A DNA stretch of 64,000 bases from Octopus sinensis. Lineage: Eukaryota. Shown piece by piece: positions 23,583 to 34,699 of this stretch. The notes under the pieces are model-generated. The model was not told the DNA's origin. It saw only the letters and a list, made by a program, of their open reading frames with translations, and made no database searches. The stretch spans positions 72,788,001 to 72,852,000 of the forward strand of contig NC_043000.1 in NCBI RefSeq assembly GCF_006345805.1. The letters are read 5' to 3'. How positions within the stretch are numbered: position 1 is the stretch's first letter; every line of letters begins with the position of its first letter. A program made the position numbers and the translations under genes.

Positions 23583-25505
23583 TATATATTGCTATATTGC
23601 TATATTCCTGGTAAGGCAGCTGCAGGAGAAATACCTAGCCAAAGATAAGCCCCTGTACCTGGCTTTTGTTGACATGGAGAAAGCCTTCGACAGGGTCCCC
23701 CGATCCCTTATCTGGTGGGCAATGAGAAAACTAGGGATAGATGAATGGTTAGTGAGAGCTGTGCGGGCCATGTATAGGGACGCCGCTAGTAGGGTGAGGG
23801 TTGGAAATGAGTACAGTGAAGAATTCCGGGTAGAGGTAGGGGTCCACCAAGGCTCAGTACTCAGCCCCCTCCTATTTATCATAGTCCTCCAGGCAATAAC
23901 GGAGGAATTCAAGACAGGATGCCCTTGGGAGCTCCTCTACGCTGATGACCTTGCTCTAATTGCTGAGTCGCTATCAGAACTGGAGGAGAAGTTTCAGGTG
24001 TGGAAACAAGGATTAGAATCGAAGGGCCTCAGAGTCAATCTAGCTAAAACCAAAGTCGTAATCAGTAGGAAGGTAGACAAATCACAAACACCTTCAGGTA
24101 GATGGCCCTGCTCGATCTGTAGAAAAGGTGTAGGTAGAAACTCTATAAGATGCACCAAGTGTAAGCTATGGACACATAAGAGATGCAGCAATGTCAAAGG
24201 AAGGCTAACTAGGAAGATGGTTTTTGTATGTGGCAGATGCTCAGGAACAATAAACACTGAAAATGCTCTGAGACCAACTTCCGTCACTTTCCAGGGAGAA
24301 AAACTAGAAATAGTTGATAGTTTCCGTTACCTAGGTGACCAAGTCAGCAGCGGGGGCGGGTGTGCTGAAAGTGTAACTGCTAGAGTAAGAATAGCTTGGG
24401 CAAAGTTCAGAGAGCTCTTACCTCTGCTGGTGACAAAAGGCCTCTCGCACAGAGTGAAAGGCAGACTGTATGATGCGTGTGTACGAACAGCCATGCTACA
24501 TGGCAGTGAAACATGGGCCGTGACTGCTGAGGATATGCGTAAGCTCGCTAGAAATGAAGCCAGTATGCTCCGATGGATGTGTAATGCCGGTACTCACACT
24601 CGGCAGAGTGTAAGTACCTTGAGAGAAAAGCTGGACCTAAGAAGCATCAGTTGTGGTGTGCAAGAGAGACGTTTGCGCTGGTATGGTCATGTGGCGAGAA
24701 TGGATGAAGATAGTTGTGTGAAAAAGTGCCACACCCTAGCGGTTGAGGGAACCTGTGGAAGAGGCAGACCCAGGAAAACCTGGGACGAGGTGGTGAAGCA
24801 CGACCTTCGAACTTTAGGTCTCACTGAGGAAATGACTAGAGACCGAGACCTCTGGAAGTGTGCTGTGCGCGAGAAGACCCGGCAGGACAAGTGAGTCCAC
24901 AACCCGTGGCCTTCTACATGGGATGGAGCCAGCCTACGTATGCATACCTTCCCTTCTTGGGACACAAAACTCTACTTGTGAAGACGTGTTGAGGCAAGTG
25001 AGGATCAGAATCGAAATCGATCAATGGAAATTGCGGATGTGCTACCAGTGCCGGTGGCATGTCGAAACTCTGCTTGTGAAGACCCATTGAGGCAAGTGAG
25101 GATCAGAATCGAAATCGATCAATGGAAATCGATCAATGGAAATTGCAGATGTGTTACCAGTGCCGGTGGCATGTAAGAGAACTTTCCGTTTCGCGACCGT
25201 TGCCAGCACCGCCCCGTTTCGTGTCCGTTGCCAGCCTCGCCTGGCCCTCGTGCCGGTGGCACATAAAAAGCACCATCCGTTCGTGGCCGTTTGCCAGCTC
25301 TGTCTGGCACCAGTGCGGGTGGCACGTAAAAAGCACCCACTACACTCACGGAGTGGTTGGCGTTAGGAAGGGCATCCAGCCGTAGAAACACTGCCAGATT
25401 TGACTGGGCCTGATGAAGCCTTCTGGCTTCACAGACCCCAGTAGAACCGTCCAACCCATGCTAGCATGGAAAACGGACGCTAAATGATGATGATGATGAT
25501 GATGA
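23583..25505 (+). mobile_element. 5'-truncated, near-intact RTE-clade LINE
   Basis: Open RT reading frame, modular 3' UTR and (ATG)n tail; inserted in (TA)n. Confidence 0.95.
23674..24894 (+). CDS. RTE reverse transcriptase C-terminal half with inserted PHD finger (retrotransposon ORF, 5'-truncated)
   Basis: EKAFD, GVHQGSVLSPLLF, LLYADDL, FRYLG, GRGRPRKTW; C4HC3 at 24103-24240. Confidence 0.9.
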   Translation: MEKAFDRVPRSLIWWAMRKLGIDEWLVRAVRAMYRDAASRVRVGNEYSEEFRVEVGVHQGSVLSPLLFIIVLQAITEEFKTGCPWELLYADDLALIAESLSELEEKFQVWKQGLESKGLRVNLAKTKVVISRKVDKSQTPSGRWPCSICRKGVGRNSIRCTKCKLWTHKRCSNVKGRLTRKMVFVCGRCSGTINTENALRPTSVTFQGEKLEIVDSFRYLGDQVSSGGGCAESVTARVRIAWAKFRELLPLLVTKGLSHRVKGRLYDACVRTAMLHGSETWAVTAEDMRKLARNEASMLRWMCNAGTHTRQSVSTLREKLDLRSISCGVQERRLRWYGHVARMDEDSCVKKCHTLAVEGTCGRGRPRKTWDEVVKHDLRTLGLTEEMTRDRDLWKCAVREKTRQDK

Positions 25506-25689
25506 TGAAAGCTGAAGTTGTCTGTGTATGGCAGGTTCGGTAGCCTTCAACTAACACTACCTCCTCCGAGACCCTGCAGGGCAAGTTGACCAAAATTGAG
25601 AGTGTGATAGAAGGCTTGCTCTTCCTTCTGTAGAAGAAAAAATTCAAATCGGACCATATAAACACCAAAAATTATTTACATCAAAAAGG

Positions 25690-25871
25690 TGCTTTTTTCT
25701 ATGAAAATCCCTATTTTTTACGATTTTTTTACTGCTGTGTCGCCATTTTTCGGTGTATTTCAACCAGAAAAATGCTCACTTAAAGCTACATAATACAAAA
25801 TTTTTACTTTTCAAAAATTCCAATGCTAAAGGGTCGAAACAAACCCGAGCAATGCCAGGCGATACTGCTAG
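25690..25871 (+). mobile_element. Helitron 3' end
   Basis: cccgagcaatgccaggcgatactgCTAG|T; left boundary uncertain. Confidence 0.7.
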
Positions 25872-25874
25872 TAT

Positions 25875-25953
<79 letters not shown>

Positions 25954-26214
25954 TATATACATATACATATGTATATGTGTGTGTGTGTGTATATATGTAT
26001 GTATGGCTGTATGTGTATATATGTACAAATATATATATGTGTGTGGGTGCACACTTTCTTCTTTTTCCTATACCTCGCTATCAACTTAAGTGGGGTGAGG
26101 TGAAAAAAAAAATTTTTCGGTTAATGTTTACATCTTGATCCGGAAATGAAAATCCAAAACATGTACTGGAATGGGTGTAAAACAATTTATAGGAAATGAA
26201 TATGAAAAAAAATG

Positions 26215-26590
26215 CACACAAAGCAACGGGAGGGTGGGGAGAGGACTTCGGAAAATTCACAAGATCTGAGCTTTTCCCTAATAACATTTAGGAAAATGAG
26301 TTCTTTTCAATGAAATTTTATAGAAATACCTTTCAAACGGCATACATTATGATTATAAAGAAATTTGTGGGGAAAATCTTTTCCAAAGGGGTGGGAAGAG
26401 CACTTTGAAAAATTCACAAAATCTGAATTTTTCCCTCATAACTTTTTGGAAAATGGGATTTTTCAATGAAATTTTATATAAATACATTTGAAATGGCATA
26501 CATTATGACTATAAAGTAATTTGTGGGGAAAATCTTGAGGTAAGGAGAGGACTTTCGGAAAATTCCCAAGATCTGAATTTTTCCTTGTTA
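26215..26590 (+). repeat. ~150-157-bp tandem units (x~2.3) of an interspersed repeat
   Basis: gaggacttcggaaaattcacaagatctg at ~26241, ~26398 and ~26547; the same unit appears inverted at 29375-29600. Confidence 0.8.
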
Positions 26591-26790
26591 TATACTGAAA
26601 TCACATTCAACTTTCTATGGATACCCTAGCATAGTACTACTACACTACGTAGTGTTTATTTCTACCCACTTTCAATAATTTTTAATGTTTTGGCTTCAAT
26701 TTTATTTCATTTTTAATTATTCTTATGCTTTTTTACCCTTTCATCATTATTCTCATTCACTCATTATTACTTTCTCTCTCTCTCAATCAA

Positions 26791-26872
<82 letters not shown>

Positions 26873-26954
26873 TTCTAGTTTCAGCTCAGAGCTGCGGCCA
26901 TGCTGATGCACCGCCGTATATACATATATTATATACTAGATACCATTGATACTC

Positions 26955-27540
26955 AGAAAACAGATTCCATTACACTCCTGGGGGAGAAACTAAAAGTAGT
27001 TGATAGTTTCCTCTACCTAGGTGACCAAGTAAGTAGTGGGGTGGATGCTCAGAGAATGTTACCACTAGAGTAAGAATAGCCTGGGCAAAGTTTAGGAAGC
27101 TTCTTCCCCTACTGGTGACAAAGGGTCTCTCACTCAGAGTAAAAGGTAGATTGTACGACACATGTGTGCGAACTGCCATACTACACAGCAGTGAAACATG
27201 GGCTGTGACTGCGGAGGACATGCATAGGCTTGAAAGAAATGAAGCTAGCATGAGCCACTGGATGTGTAATGTCAGTGTCCATGCACGACAGAGTGTAAGC
27301 GCCCTGAGAGAAATGTTGGGCATAAGAAGTGCAGGAGAGACATTTGCGTTGGTATGGTCATGTACAACGAATGGATGAAGAGAAATGTGTGAAAAAGTGC
27401 CAGTCCCAAACTGTTGAGGGAATCCGGGGTAGAGGTAGACCCAGGTAGACATGGGACGAGGTGGTCTAGCATGATCTTCATACATTGAGCCTCACAGAAG
27501 TTATGACGAAAGACCGAGACCTCTGGAGATGTGCTGTGAC
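26955..27540 (+). mobile_element. degenerate RTE RT C-terminal fragment
   Basis: TKGLSLRVKGRLYDTCVRTAILHSSETWAV... Confidence 0.85.
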
Positions 27541-27619
27541 TTCAAAGTGAGTTCATGGCTTGCAGGATGACCTGCTGCGCTTGAGGAGACCTATTGTGTC
27601 AAGTTCATCAACATCAAAA

Positions 27620-28080
27620 TAAAAATCATATAGATATTGTAGTTGTGTTATCCGTGTTGGTGGCACGTACAACCTCACAGTGGAAATGACGAAGTGAGTT
27701 CATGGCTTGCAGGACAGCCTGCTGTGCTAATCTTAGTTCGTAGAGTGACCCGCTGTTCTTGAGGAGACCTATTGAGTCAAGTACGTCAACACCAATATCA
27801 AAATAAAAATCAAATGGAAATTGTGCCGGTGACACATAAAAAGCACCATCCAAACGTGACAGATGCCAGCGCCACCTGACTGGCGTCCGTGTCAGTGACA
27901 CGTAAAAGCACCAACCGATCGTGGCCATTTGCCAGCCGCCTCTGGCCCCTGTGCCGGTGGCATGTAAAAAACACCCACTATACTCACGGAGTGGTTAGCG
28001 ATAGGAAGGGCATCCAGCTGGTCAAACTGTCCAACCCATGCTAGCATGGAAAACGGATGTTAAACGATGATGATGATGAT
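27620..28080 (+). mobile_element. RTE 3' UTR and tail (partly duplicated)
   Basis: Modules gtgccggtg(g/a)cac.taaaaagcacc and (ATG)n tail; gtgagttcatggcttgcagga duplicated. Confidence 0.8.
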
Positions 28081-28121
28081 ATATGTATATATATATATAT
28101 ATAATTATATATATACACATA

Positions 28122-28930
28122 TAGGGTAGGGAAGCAAAATTTACAATGAGCGTTAAGTTGTTTTTTCTCAGGAGGCATTATTATTATTAAATTATTACAT
28201 GGTTCAAGAAAAAGTCCTCCATTGTAACGATCTTTTCAGGTGAAAAGATCTTCACTGTCGATGCTGTTCTGAACAGCAGAATTGACAGATTTATCACAAA
28301 ATCAACAGCTGAGGTTAAGGGGACATTCAAAACAAAACATCCTGCTCAAGTTATGGCTTTTGGTGTTGTGGCTTCCGATGGAAAGAAAATTCTACAAAGC
28401 TGATGAAAAGACCAATGTTAATACTTACTACAAGACTCTGAGATACCAGGTATTGCCATGCCTTAAGGCAAACTACCCAGATGGTAATTATGTATGGACA
28501 CAGGATGGTGCTCCAGCCCACACAGCTAGAAAAATACAAGATTTCTGCAAATCCAACTTTAGCAATTTTTTGGAATCATATTTATGGCCGCCTTCTAGCC
28601 CAGATCTAAACTCTCTGGATTATGCTATTTGGGGCGTTTTAGAACATGCTACCAATAGAACATCACACTGCAATATCGACTCTCTTAAAGATACTATTAA
28701 AGAAGAATGGGAGAAGTTGTCTCTCGAATATTTGAGGAACGCCTGTGCAAGTTTCAGGAAGAATGTGAAGGCAGTTATTGAGAAAGGAGGACACATAGAA
28801 TAAAAATATTTTCTATTATGTAAATTGTCTTGTGGCAAATAAATTCTCATGACTTTCAATAAACAAATTGGTCATACACTGTCTTTCAATCCCTACCTCA
28901 AAATATTGTAAATTTTGCTTCCGCACCCTG
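28122..28930 (+). mobile_element. internally deleted maT/mori (DD37D) Tc1-mariner element
   Basis: TIR (C/T)AGGGT..GGAAGCAAAATTTACAAT with TA flanks. WTQDGAPAH...SPDLNSLDY has 37 residues between the 2nd and 3rd catalytic D. IFSGEKIFTVD remnant upstream in another frame. Confidence 0.85.
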
Positions 28931-28965
28931 TATAAATATATATATACACATACACATATATATAT

Positions 28966-29314
28966 AACGTAAAGTGTACTAGCCATCTGAATGTGGCTAG
29001 CCACTGGGGGTGGGGTGTTACTGACGCTTTTAGCCCCAGGAGATCAACGTCACGAGCTGGCCTTAGACACAATTTCAGTGCCCTTGTGTTAATTGCAAAG
29101 GGAGGTCATCCTCCCTCGAAAACCTAAGTGATACATACGGACTATAGTTTCAAGGTAATTGCCTCTCGTCAAGACCTCCCTTTGCAAATAATACAAGGGC
29201 ATTGAAATTGTGTCTAAGGCCAGCTGGTGACGTTGATCTCCTGGGACTAAAAGCGTCAGTAACACCCCACCCCCAGTAGCTAGCCACATTCAGATGGCTA
29301 GTACACTTTACGTT
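28966..29314. repeat. fold-back element, 142-bp near-perfect arms, 65-bp spacer
   Basis: 28966-29107 versus 29173-29314. Confidence 0.95.
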
Positions 29315-29374
29315 GTCGAGCGGTTACTGTTTATATCTCGTTCAGAGATTTATTAATGCCTTCATATATATATA

Positions 29375-29600
29375 GTTATGAGGGAAAAACTTGGATCTTG
29401 TGATTTTTCCGAAGTCCTCTCCCCACCCTTTGGAAAAGATTTTCTCCACAAATTACTTTATAATCGTAATGTATGGCGTTTGAATGGTATTTCTACAAAA
29501 TTTCATTGAAAAATCCCCATTTTCCTAAAAGTTATGAGGGGAAAACTCGGATCTTGTTAATTTTTCGAAGTCCTCTCCCCATCCAGTTGCTTTCCGCGCA
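29375..29600 (-). repeat. inverted copy of the ~156-bp tandem unit at 26215-26590
   Basis: gttatgaggg.aaaac at 29375 and 29531. Confidence 0.75.
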
Positions 29601-31388
29601 TTTTCGTTGCACTTTCCTCGAGATACAACGTGCCATCTAACCAAGCTCTGGCTAGAAAGAACTACTACCTTATGATAGTTTCCAAACACAGTCCAACCTT
29701 CACAACACACACGCGAGAAGGACGCTGTCTTGAACGGGCCGCGTCTTGAAGTGACGTCATTTTCCTTCGCTTCCGATCCAAGAGAATGTTTTGAACCAGC
29801 CGCTTCGTCAAGTGATGTCACTTCGCCTCGCTTTTCGTCCCTCATCTTGCATCCACAGCGTTCTGATCCGAAACTCTTTCGGTGCAATATACGAAAGTCA
29901 AGAGTGAAGCTTATTAATGTGACTTTTATCTTTTTGCTCCAGTGTTCACACAGGTCACTTGTATGGTATTTAAATGAACAAAATTTGTTTATAACAGAGA
30001 TTCTTTAAATTTTAAAATTCCGTGTGGTAAGTGTGGAGAAACACAACGTATTTTTGACGGAATGGGGAGTATAAGCAAAAATAATGTATTTTTATTCTTT
30101 CACCAAATTCAAAACGTCCTTGTCAAAAGACAGTATGGATCTTTTCAATTCTGAAGCCAGTTTTTTCAAATTTTTCCTACTGAACCAAACAATTTGAAAC
30201 TTCGTATACTGGTAGAATGTGTCAAAAGTAAACTTAATTGTAAACCAGAATGAAAACGGAATTAATTAGAATTTTAACCAATGATATTCCGTCATTCGGC
30301 TTTATTTTATTTACTCCGTCTCGACCACCAATTTGGTGACGTATTAAACATCTTAAATGTAAACAGACCGCATGTCTCCGTGAAATCTCCTTCTAATTAT
30401 TTAACGTACTCATGTTTCCAGGATCCTATAGTCAGCCACCTTCTAATAACAATATTTAAAACTAGTTAATAAGCCACATGTATTAAATTGAAAATGTTTC
30501 CATTCTGTTAGTACTTGCTTTCGTTTGCTATTAAGAAGTGGCATCTCAGTGACGAGGCTTCTAACAAGATTTCGTTTCTAAGCTAATGCGTTTCATTTCA
30601 CTTATTGTATTTATTTGTGCAAAAGGCAAGAAATTTAATATTAAAAAAGCAAAGAGCTGGCAGAAACGTTAGCACGCCGGGCGAAATGCGTAGCCGTATT
30701 TCGTCTGCCGTTACGTTCTGTGTTTGTTTACAGTTTTCAAACGAACGTTAGTACGTCACAAAAGCGCTTTCTACGTCACACTAATAGAATGCAGTCAAGT
30801 TTTACACATGAAAACAAACAATCTGATTGGTTAAAATTCGCAGTTTTAATCTACGATTAAAGTCATAAAATAGATTTTTCTCAAATAAACTAGTTCCAAC
30901 CTGTGTCTTGTTTTGCTAGACTCTATCAGCATACGAAGTTTCAGATTATTTAGTTAAGTAGAAAGATCTGTGGTCCTGGCTTCAGAATTGAAAAGATCCG
31001 AAAGTATTTTTCTAGGAAAGCAAAAAAAAAAAAAATACTTATGCGGCTTTCGTTATATTTCATATTTTATACACTTCCTATCTCCTCAAAAATATATCGT
31101 ACATTTTTCAACGAAGGTAAAGAATACGCACACTGGGTAGTTAGGGTTTTGGGTTAGAGTTTCGCCGAAAACGGGGTGTGCGTATTCTTTATCTCCGCCC
31201 ATTTTTCCACGTGTATCTTCCGTGTGTATGGCAGTACATAGTATTTTGATATATAAGGTAGGTACATAAAAGTACTAGGTATTTTATCGGCTGACTTACG
31301 ATGTAAGCACGTGCTAATAAAACGATTATATTTCTAACTGGTGTTATTTTAACCATTTTATCATTGATATTCTATAACAGAACATTAT

Positions 31389-31873
31389 GAATTCCGGGTA
31401 CTACTAGTGAAGATTGGACCCGGTGTGCGCAGTCGCGCGTCCGCACTAGCTAGTCGTAAGTAATCGATCCTACAACGACTTGCGCGTATGCAAATGAGTT
31501 GATTTTACAGAATAAAATAAAAGAATTTTTTAAAGAAAGTAAATAAATTATTTCATAGAACATTGCCGAACAGTGTATATGATTTTTTTACACAAATCAA
31601 ATAAAATGTGTGTGATATATTCTTTTAGTTTTCAATCATGTGTGTGTGTGTGTGTGTGTGTGTATACACACCGATACAAATAGATATTATATATGTGGTT
31701 TATGTGCGATATATTCTTTTAATATCTTTTAGTTTTTGGACAGCATCCATAGTAGGTACATCATTCAGGTATATATATATATGTTTATGTATATATATAT
31801 ATGTGTGTGTGTGTGTATATAAATGTGTATATACGTGTGTGTGTGTGAGTATATATATGCGCATATGTGTGTG

Positions 31874-31946
<73 letters not shown>

Positions 31947-32311
31947 GAGAAAGAGAGAAGAAACAAAATATCCTTAAGATGATAAGGAATGGAAAGTTGA
32001 TATCGATTGATGGATTTGATAAGATGAAGATATTTTGGTAACAGTTCATTACACGTGTGTACCGTGCGTAAGAATGTCTGAGCGAGAGAGGAGAGCATAT
32101 TACAGCATTCCATGAAGGGTTTTGTTTTTGTTTTTTTTGGTTTGTTTTGATGTTTTCTTGTTAGTTTATTTACACTAAACCCTTAATTCGTCTTCCAACC
32201 TACAACACAACTCATTTGCATACGCGCAAGTCGTTGTAGGTTCGCCTACTTACGACTAGCTAGCGCGGGCACGCGCACCGGGTCCAGTCTTCGCTCGTAG
32301 TATCTGAATTC
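31389..32311. mobile_element. non-autonomous element with ~110-bp CpG-rich terminal inverted repeats
   Basis: gaattccgggtactactagtgaagattggacccggtg...gcgcgtatgcaaatgagttg versus caactcatttgcatacgcgc...caccgggtccagtcttcgctcgtagtatctgaattc; no TSD recognised. Confidence 0.75.
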
Positions 32312-32695
32312 CGTTCGTTAAAAGTTTAAGATGCGTTGTTACAGATAATTAATGCATTTCAACTATAATGATGAATTAATTAGCATCCACAACAACATCA
32401 GTGTAGAAAACATGAACCAAACAGGACACGAAAATTATAAGATCCACGATAACTGCTGTCTTCTTTTAATTTCAACAGTACTGTTTGAACCAAAATAGTT
32501 GTAAGTCTATAAAAAAAAGCATCCGCGATGGCGTGCTTACTGGATAAAAATACCCCTTGCTTTTATGCTGATTTGTTTGTATTTAAAACATAATATAAAG
32601 GAGTGCCCATTATCTAATCTCCTTCCATCTAATAGAAAGTATTATTTCTAGCACAGGTCTCCTCATAGGCAATACTTTCATATGACTTAGCAATA

Positions 32696-33092
32696 GCGCA
32701 GGAGTGGCTGTGTGGTAAGTAGCTTGTTTACCAACCACATGGTTCCGGGTTCAGTCCCACTGCGTGACACCTTGGGCAAGTGTCTTCTACTATAGCCTCG
32801 GGCCGACCAAAGCCCTGTGAGTGGATTTGGTAGACGGAAACTGAAAGAAGCCCGTCGTATATATGTATATATATATGAGTGTATGTGTGTCTGTGTTTGT
32901 CCCCCTAGCATTGCTTGACAACCGATGCTGGTGTGTTTATGTCCCCGTTACTTAGCAGTTCGGCAAAAGAGACCGATAGAATAAGTACTGGGCTTACAAA
33001 AGAATAAGTCCCGGGATCGAATTGCTCGATTAAAGGCGGTGCTCCAGCATGGCCGCAGTCAAATGACTGAAACAAGTAAAAGAGTAAAAGAG
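32696..33092 (+). mobile_element. full-length tRNA-derived CORE-type SINE (octopod OR/OK-like)
   Basis: A box TGGCTGTGTGG, B box GGTTCAGTCCC, CORE-like caccttgggcaagtgtcttctactatagcc, internal (TA/TG)n, (GAGTAAAA) tail. Confidence 0.9.
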
Positions 33093-33361
33093 AGAGAGCT
33101 TCAGCATATCAATCGGCGAAATAGCTACACGAAAAAAAGAAGTGTAAGTGATACAACTGATAGTCGGCCTGTGTTTATAAACAAAGAAAAGGTGTTTGGG
33201 TGCAAAGTTTTTGTTTGTTTTTTCTTTTTTGCTTTTGTTATTTCATGGACATTCTTTGCCAATCACAGAAAATCGAATTTAGCGCGCTTCTTACACAATC
33301 ACAAAATACACAACAAATATTAATCCATTTGTATCAATAATATTAAACTAAGAAGGCATAC

Positions 33362-33482
33362 CTTCCGATTCACTACCACTTCTTTTTCTCGTTCGTGTAG
33401 ATTGCTTTCGAGAAGATTTTTTAAATTGAAATTTGCCAACTAAGCCTTTTGGTTGTTCTTCCGATATTTCGTCCATTTTCAT
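33362..33482 (-). CDS. RNF113A: RING finger protein 113A (Cwc24)-like, coding exon 1
   Basis: MKMDEISEEQPKGLVGKFQFKKSSRKQSTRTRKRSGSESE+G, donor GTATG. The F-x-FKK...RKR-acidic pattern resembles the RNF113A N-terminus. A second in-frame ATG lies at 33476. Confidence 0.7.
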
Positions 33483-33580
33483 TAATCTTTGATGGATTGT
33501 TAATTCTGATTGGTTGAATTTCAACTAACCAATCATGATGCGTTTTTTAACACACAATATCACCGTCTAAATACTTGCTA
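33483..33580. promoter_or_regulatory. putative bidirectional promoter / overlapping 5' UTR region with two inverted CCAAT boxes
   Basis: 98 bp between divergent ATGs; ATTGG 33509-33513 and CCAAT 33529-33533. Confidence 0.55.
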
Positions 33581-33732
33581 ATGTCTGAAAGCAGTAGTCC
33601 AGTGGATTTTGATGTGTGTGTTGTTCTGCCTGCTGGAGGGCATGGGGCCCGTACAGGTGTTTCTACACCCAAACAGTTTTGGTCAGTCTTAGATAAACCG
33701 CTGATTGTTTATACTGTTCAGGAGTTTAACAG
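33581..33732 (+). CDS. CRPPA: D-ribitol-5-phosphate cytidylyltransferase (ISPD), exon 1
   Basis: [50 protein letters not shown] has the IspD-family LPAGGxGxR...PKQF motif; donor AG|GTAAG, phase 2. Confidence 0.93.
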
Positions 33733-34699
33733 GTAAGTTGAAACTATTTGTAATAAATTGCTTTGAATGTGCTGCTAACGTAGGGCGAGCTCAGAATACA
33801 AGGTGCCGTTTTCACTTTCGGAAACTAACTTTCCTTTCAATTTGGAAATAAATGATATCAACTATGTTAATTGTCAAATATGGATGTTTTGAAATTAATC
33901 ATGCAGAACTTCATATCCGGTATAAAACGGAAATGACGTAAGACAAAGGGTGCGTCTTAGCAGCTGACAGAAAATACCACACATTAATACAATACCTACC
34001 TTTTTATATCACACTCCAAACTATGAATCGAAATTGAACACAAAACTTACATTATTTGTCTAACAAGTGGCTATCTCCTGTAGAGATGCATTATGTATTT
34101 TATGGTTTTATTTTTCTGGTCAATATAAAGATCCTCGCCCGTTAACAACAAAAAAACCAGCCTGCAGGGTGTAAACTGTAGAAAACTAATATGAAAAAAA
34201 TTGCGCAAATGAACCTGGGGTGAGGAGAGAACGGCAAGATTTCCGCCCTCCCAAACCCCACTTTCTAAAAAATTTTTTTTCTTTTTTTTTTTTTCGACAC
34301 AAACCCCACCCCCTCTTTTCGGCTACGGGGAATATGAATCTGCAAAAAAATTGTCATTTTAAAATTACCACCCACCCTCATTTCCTTCATTTTTCACTTT
34401 TTCCTGATTTTTTTTTTCTCAAAATATGTGGAAAAATACGGAGATTATGATTCAATGAGTTCCAAAAATGAAAAATATGTAAAAAAAAAAAAAAATACTA
34501 ACACAGAAGCACAGAGAAATGTGTAATATACCAACACAGAAAAATTAAAACAAAATACACAAGTGAAATCAACATAGACAACAGTGAACCACATCACAGT
34601 GTGCGGTTGTCATGGTAACAAGCTGCTAATGCCTCTCTTATCTGTTGATTGGCTAAAATTACCCAAATTTCCCAACTTTAATTCCAAATAACATCAGAT

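Noticed and set aside
25200-25340. HDV-like ribozyme resemblance (CAGCCTCGCCTG similar to P3/L3, hairpin as P4)
   Set aside because: No P2 partner for AAAGCACC on the same strand and no convincing P1/P1.1 or J4/2.
29525-29887. 120-aa ORF in the CpG-rich region
   Set aside because: No recognisable domain or splice signals; expected by chance in GC-richer sequence.
31135-31162. Telomere-like gttagggttttgggttagag
   Set aside because: Only one exact TTAGGG and no array.
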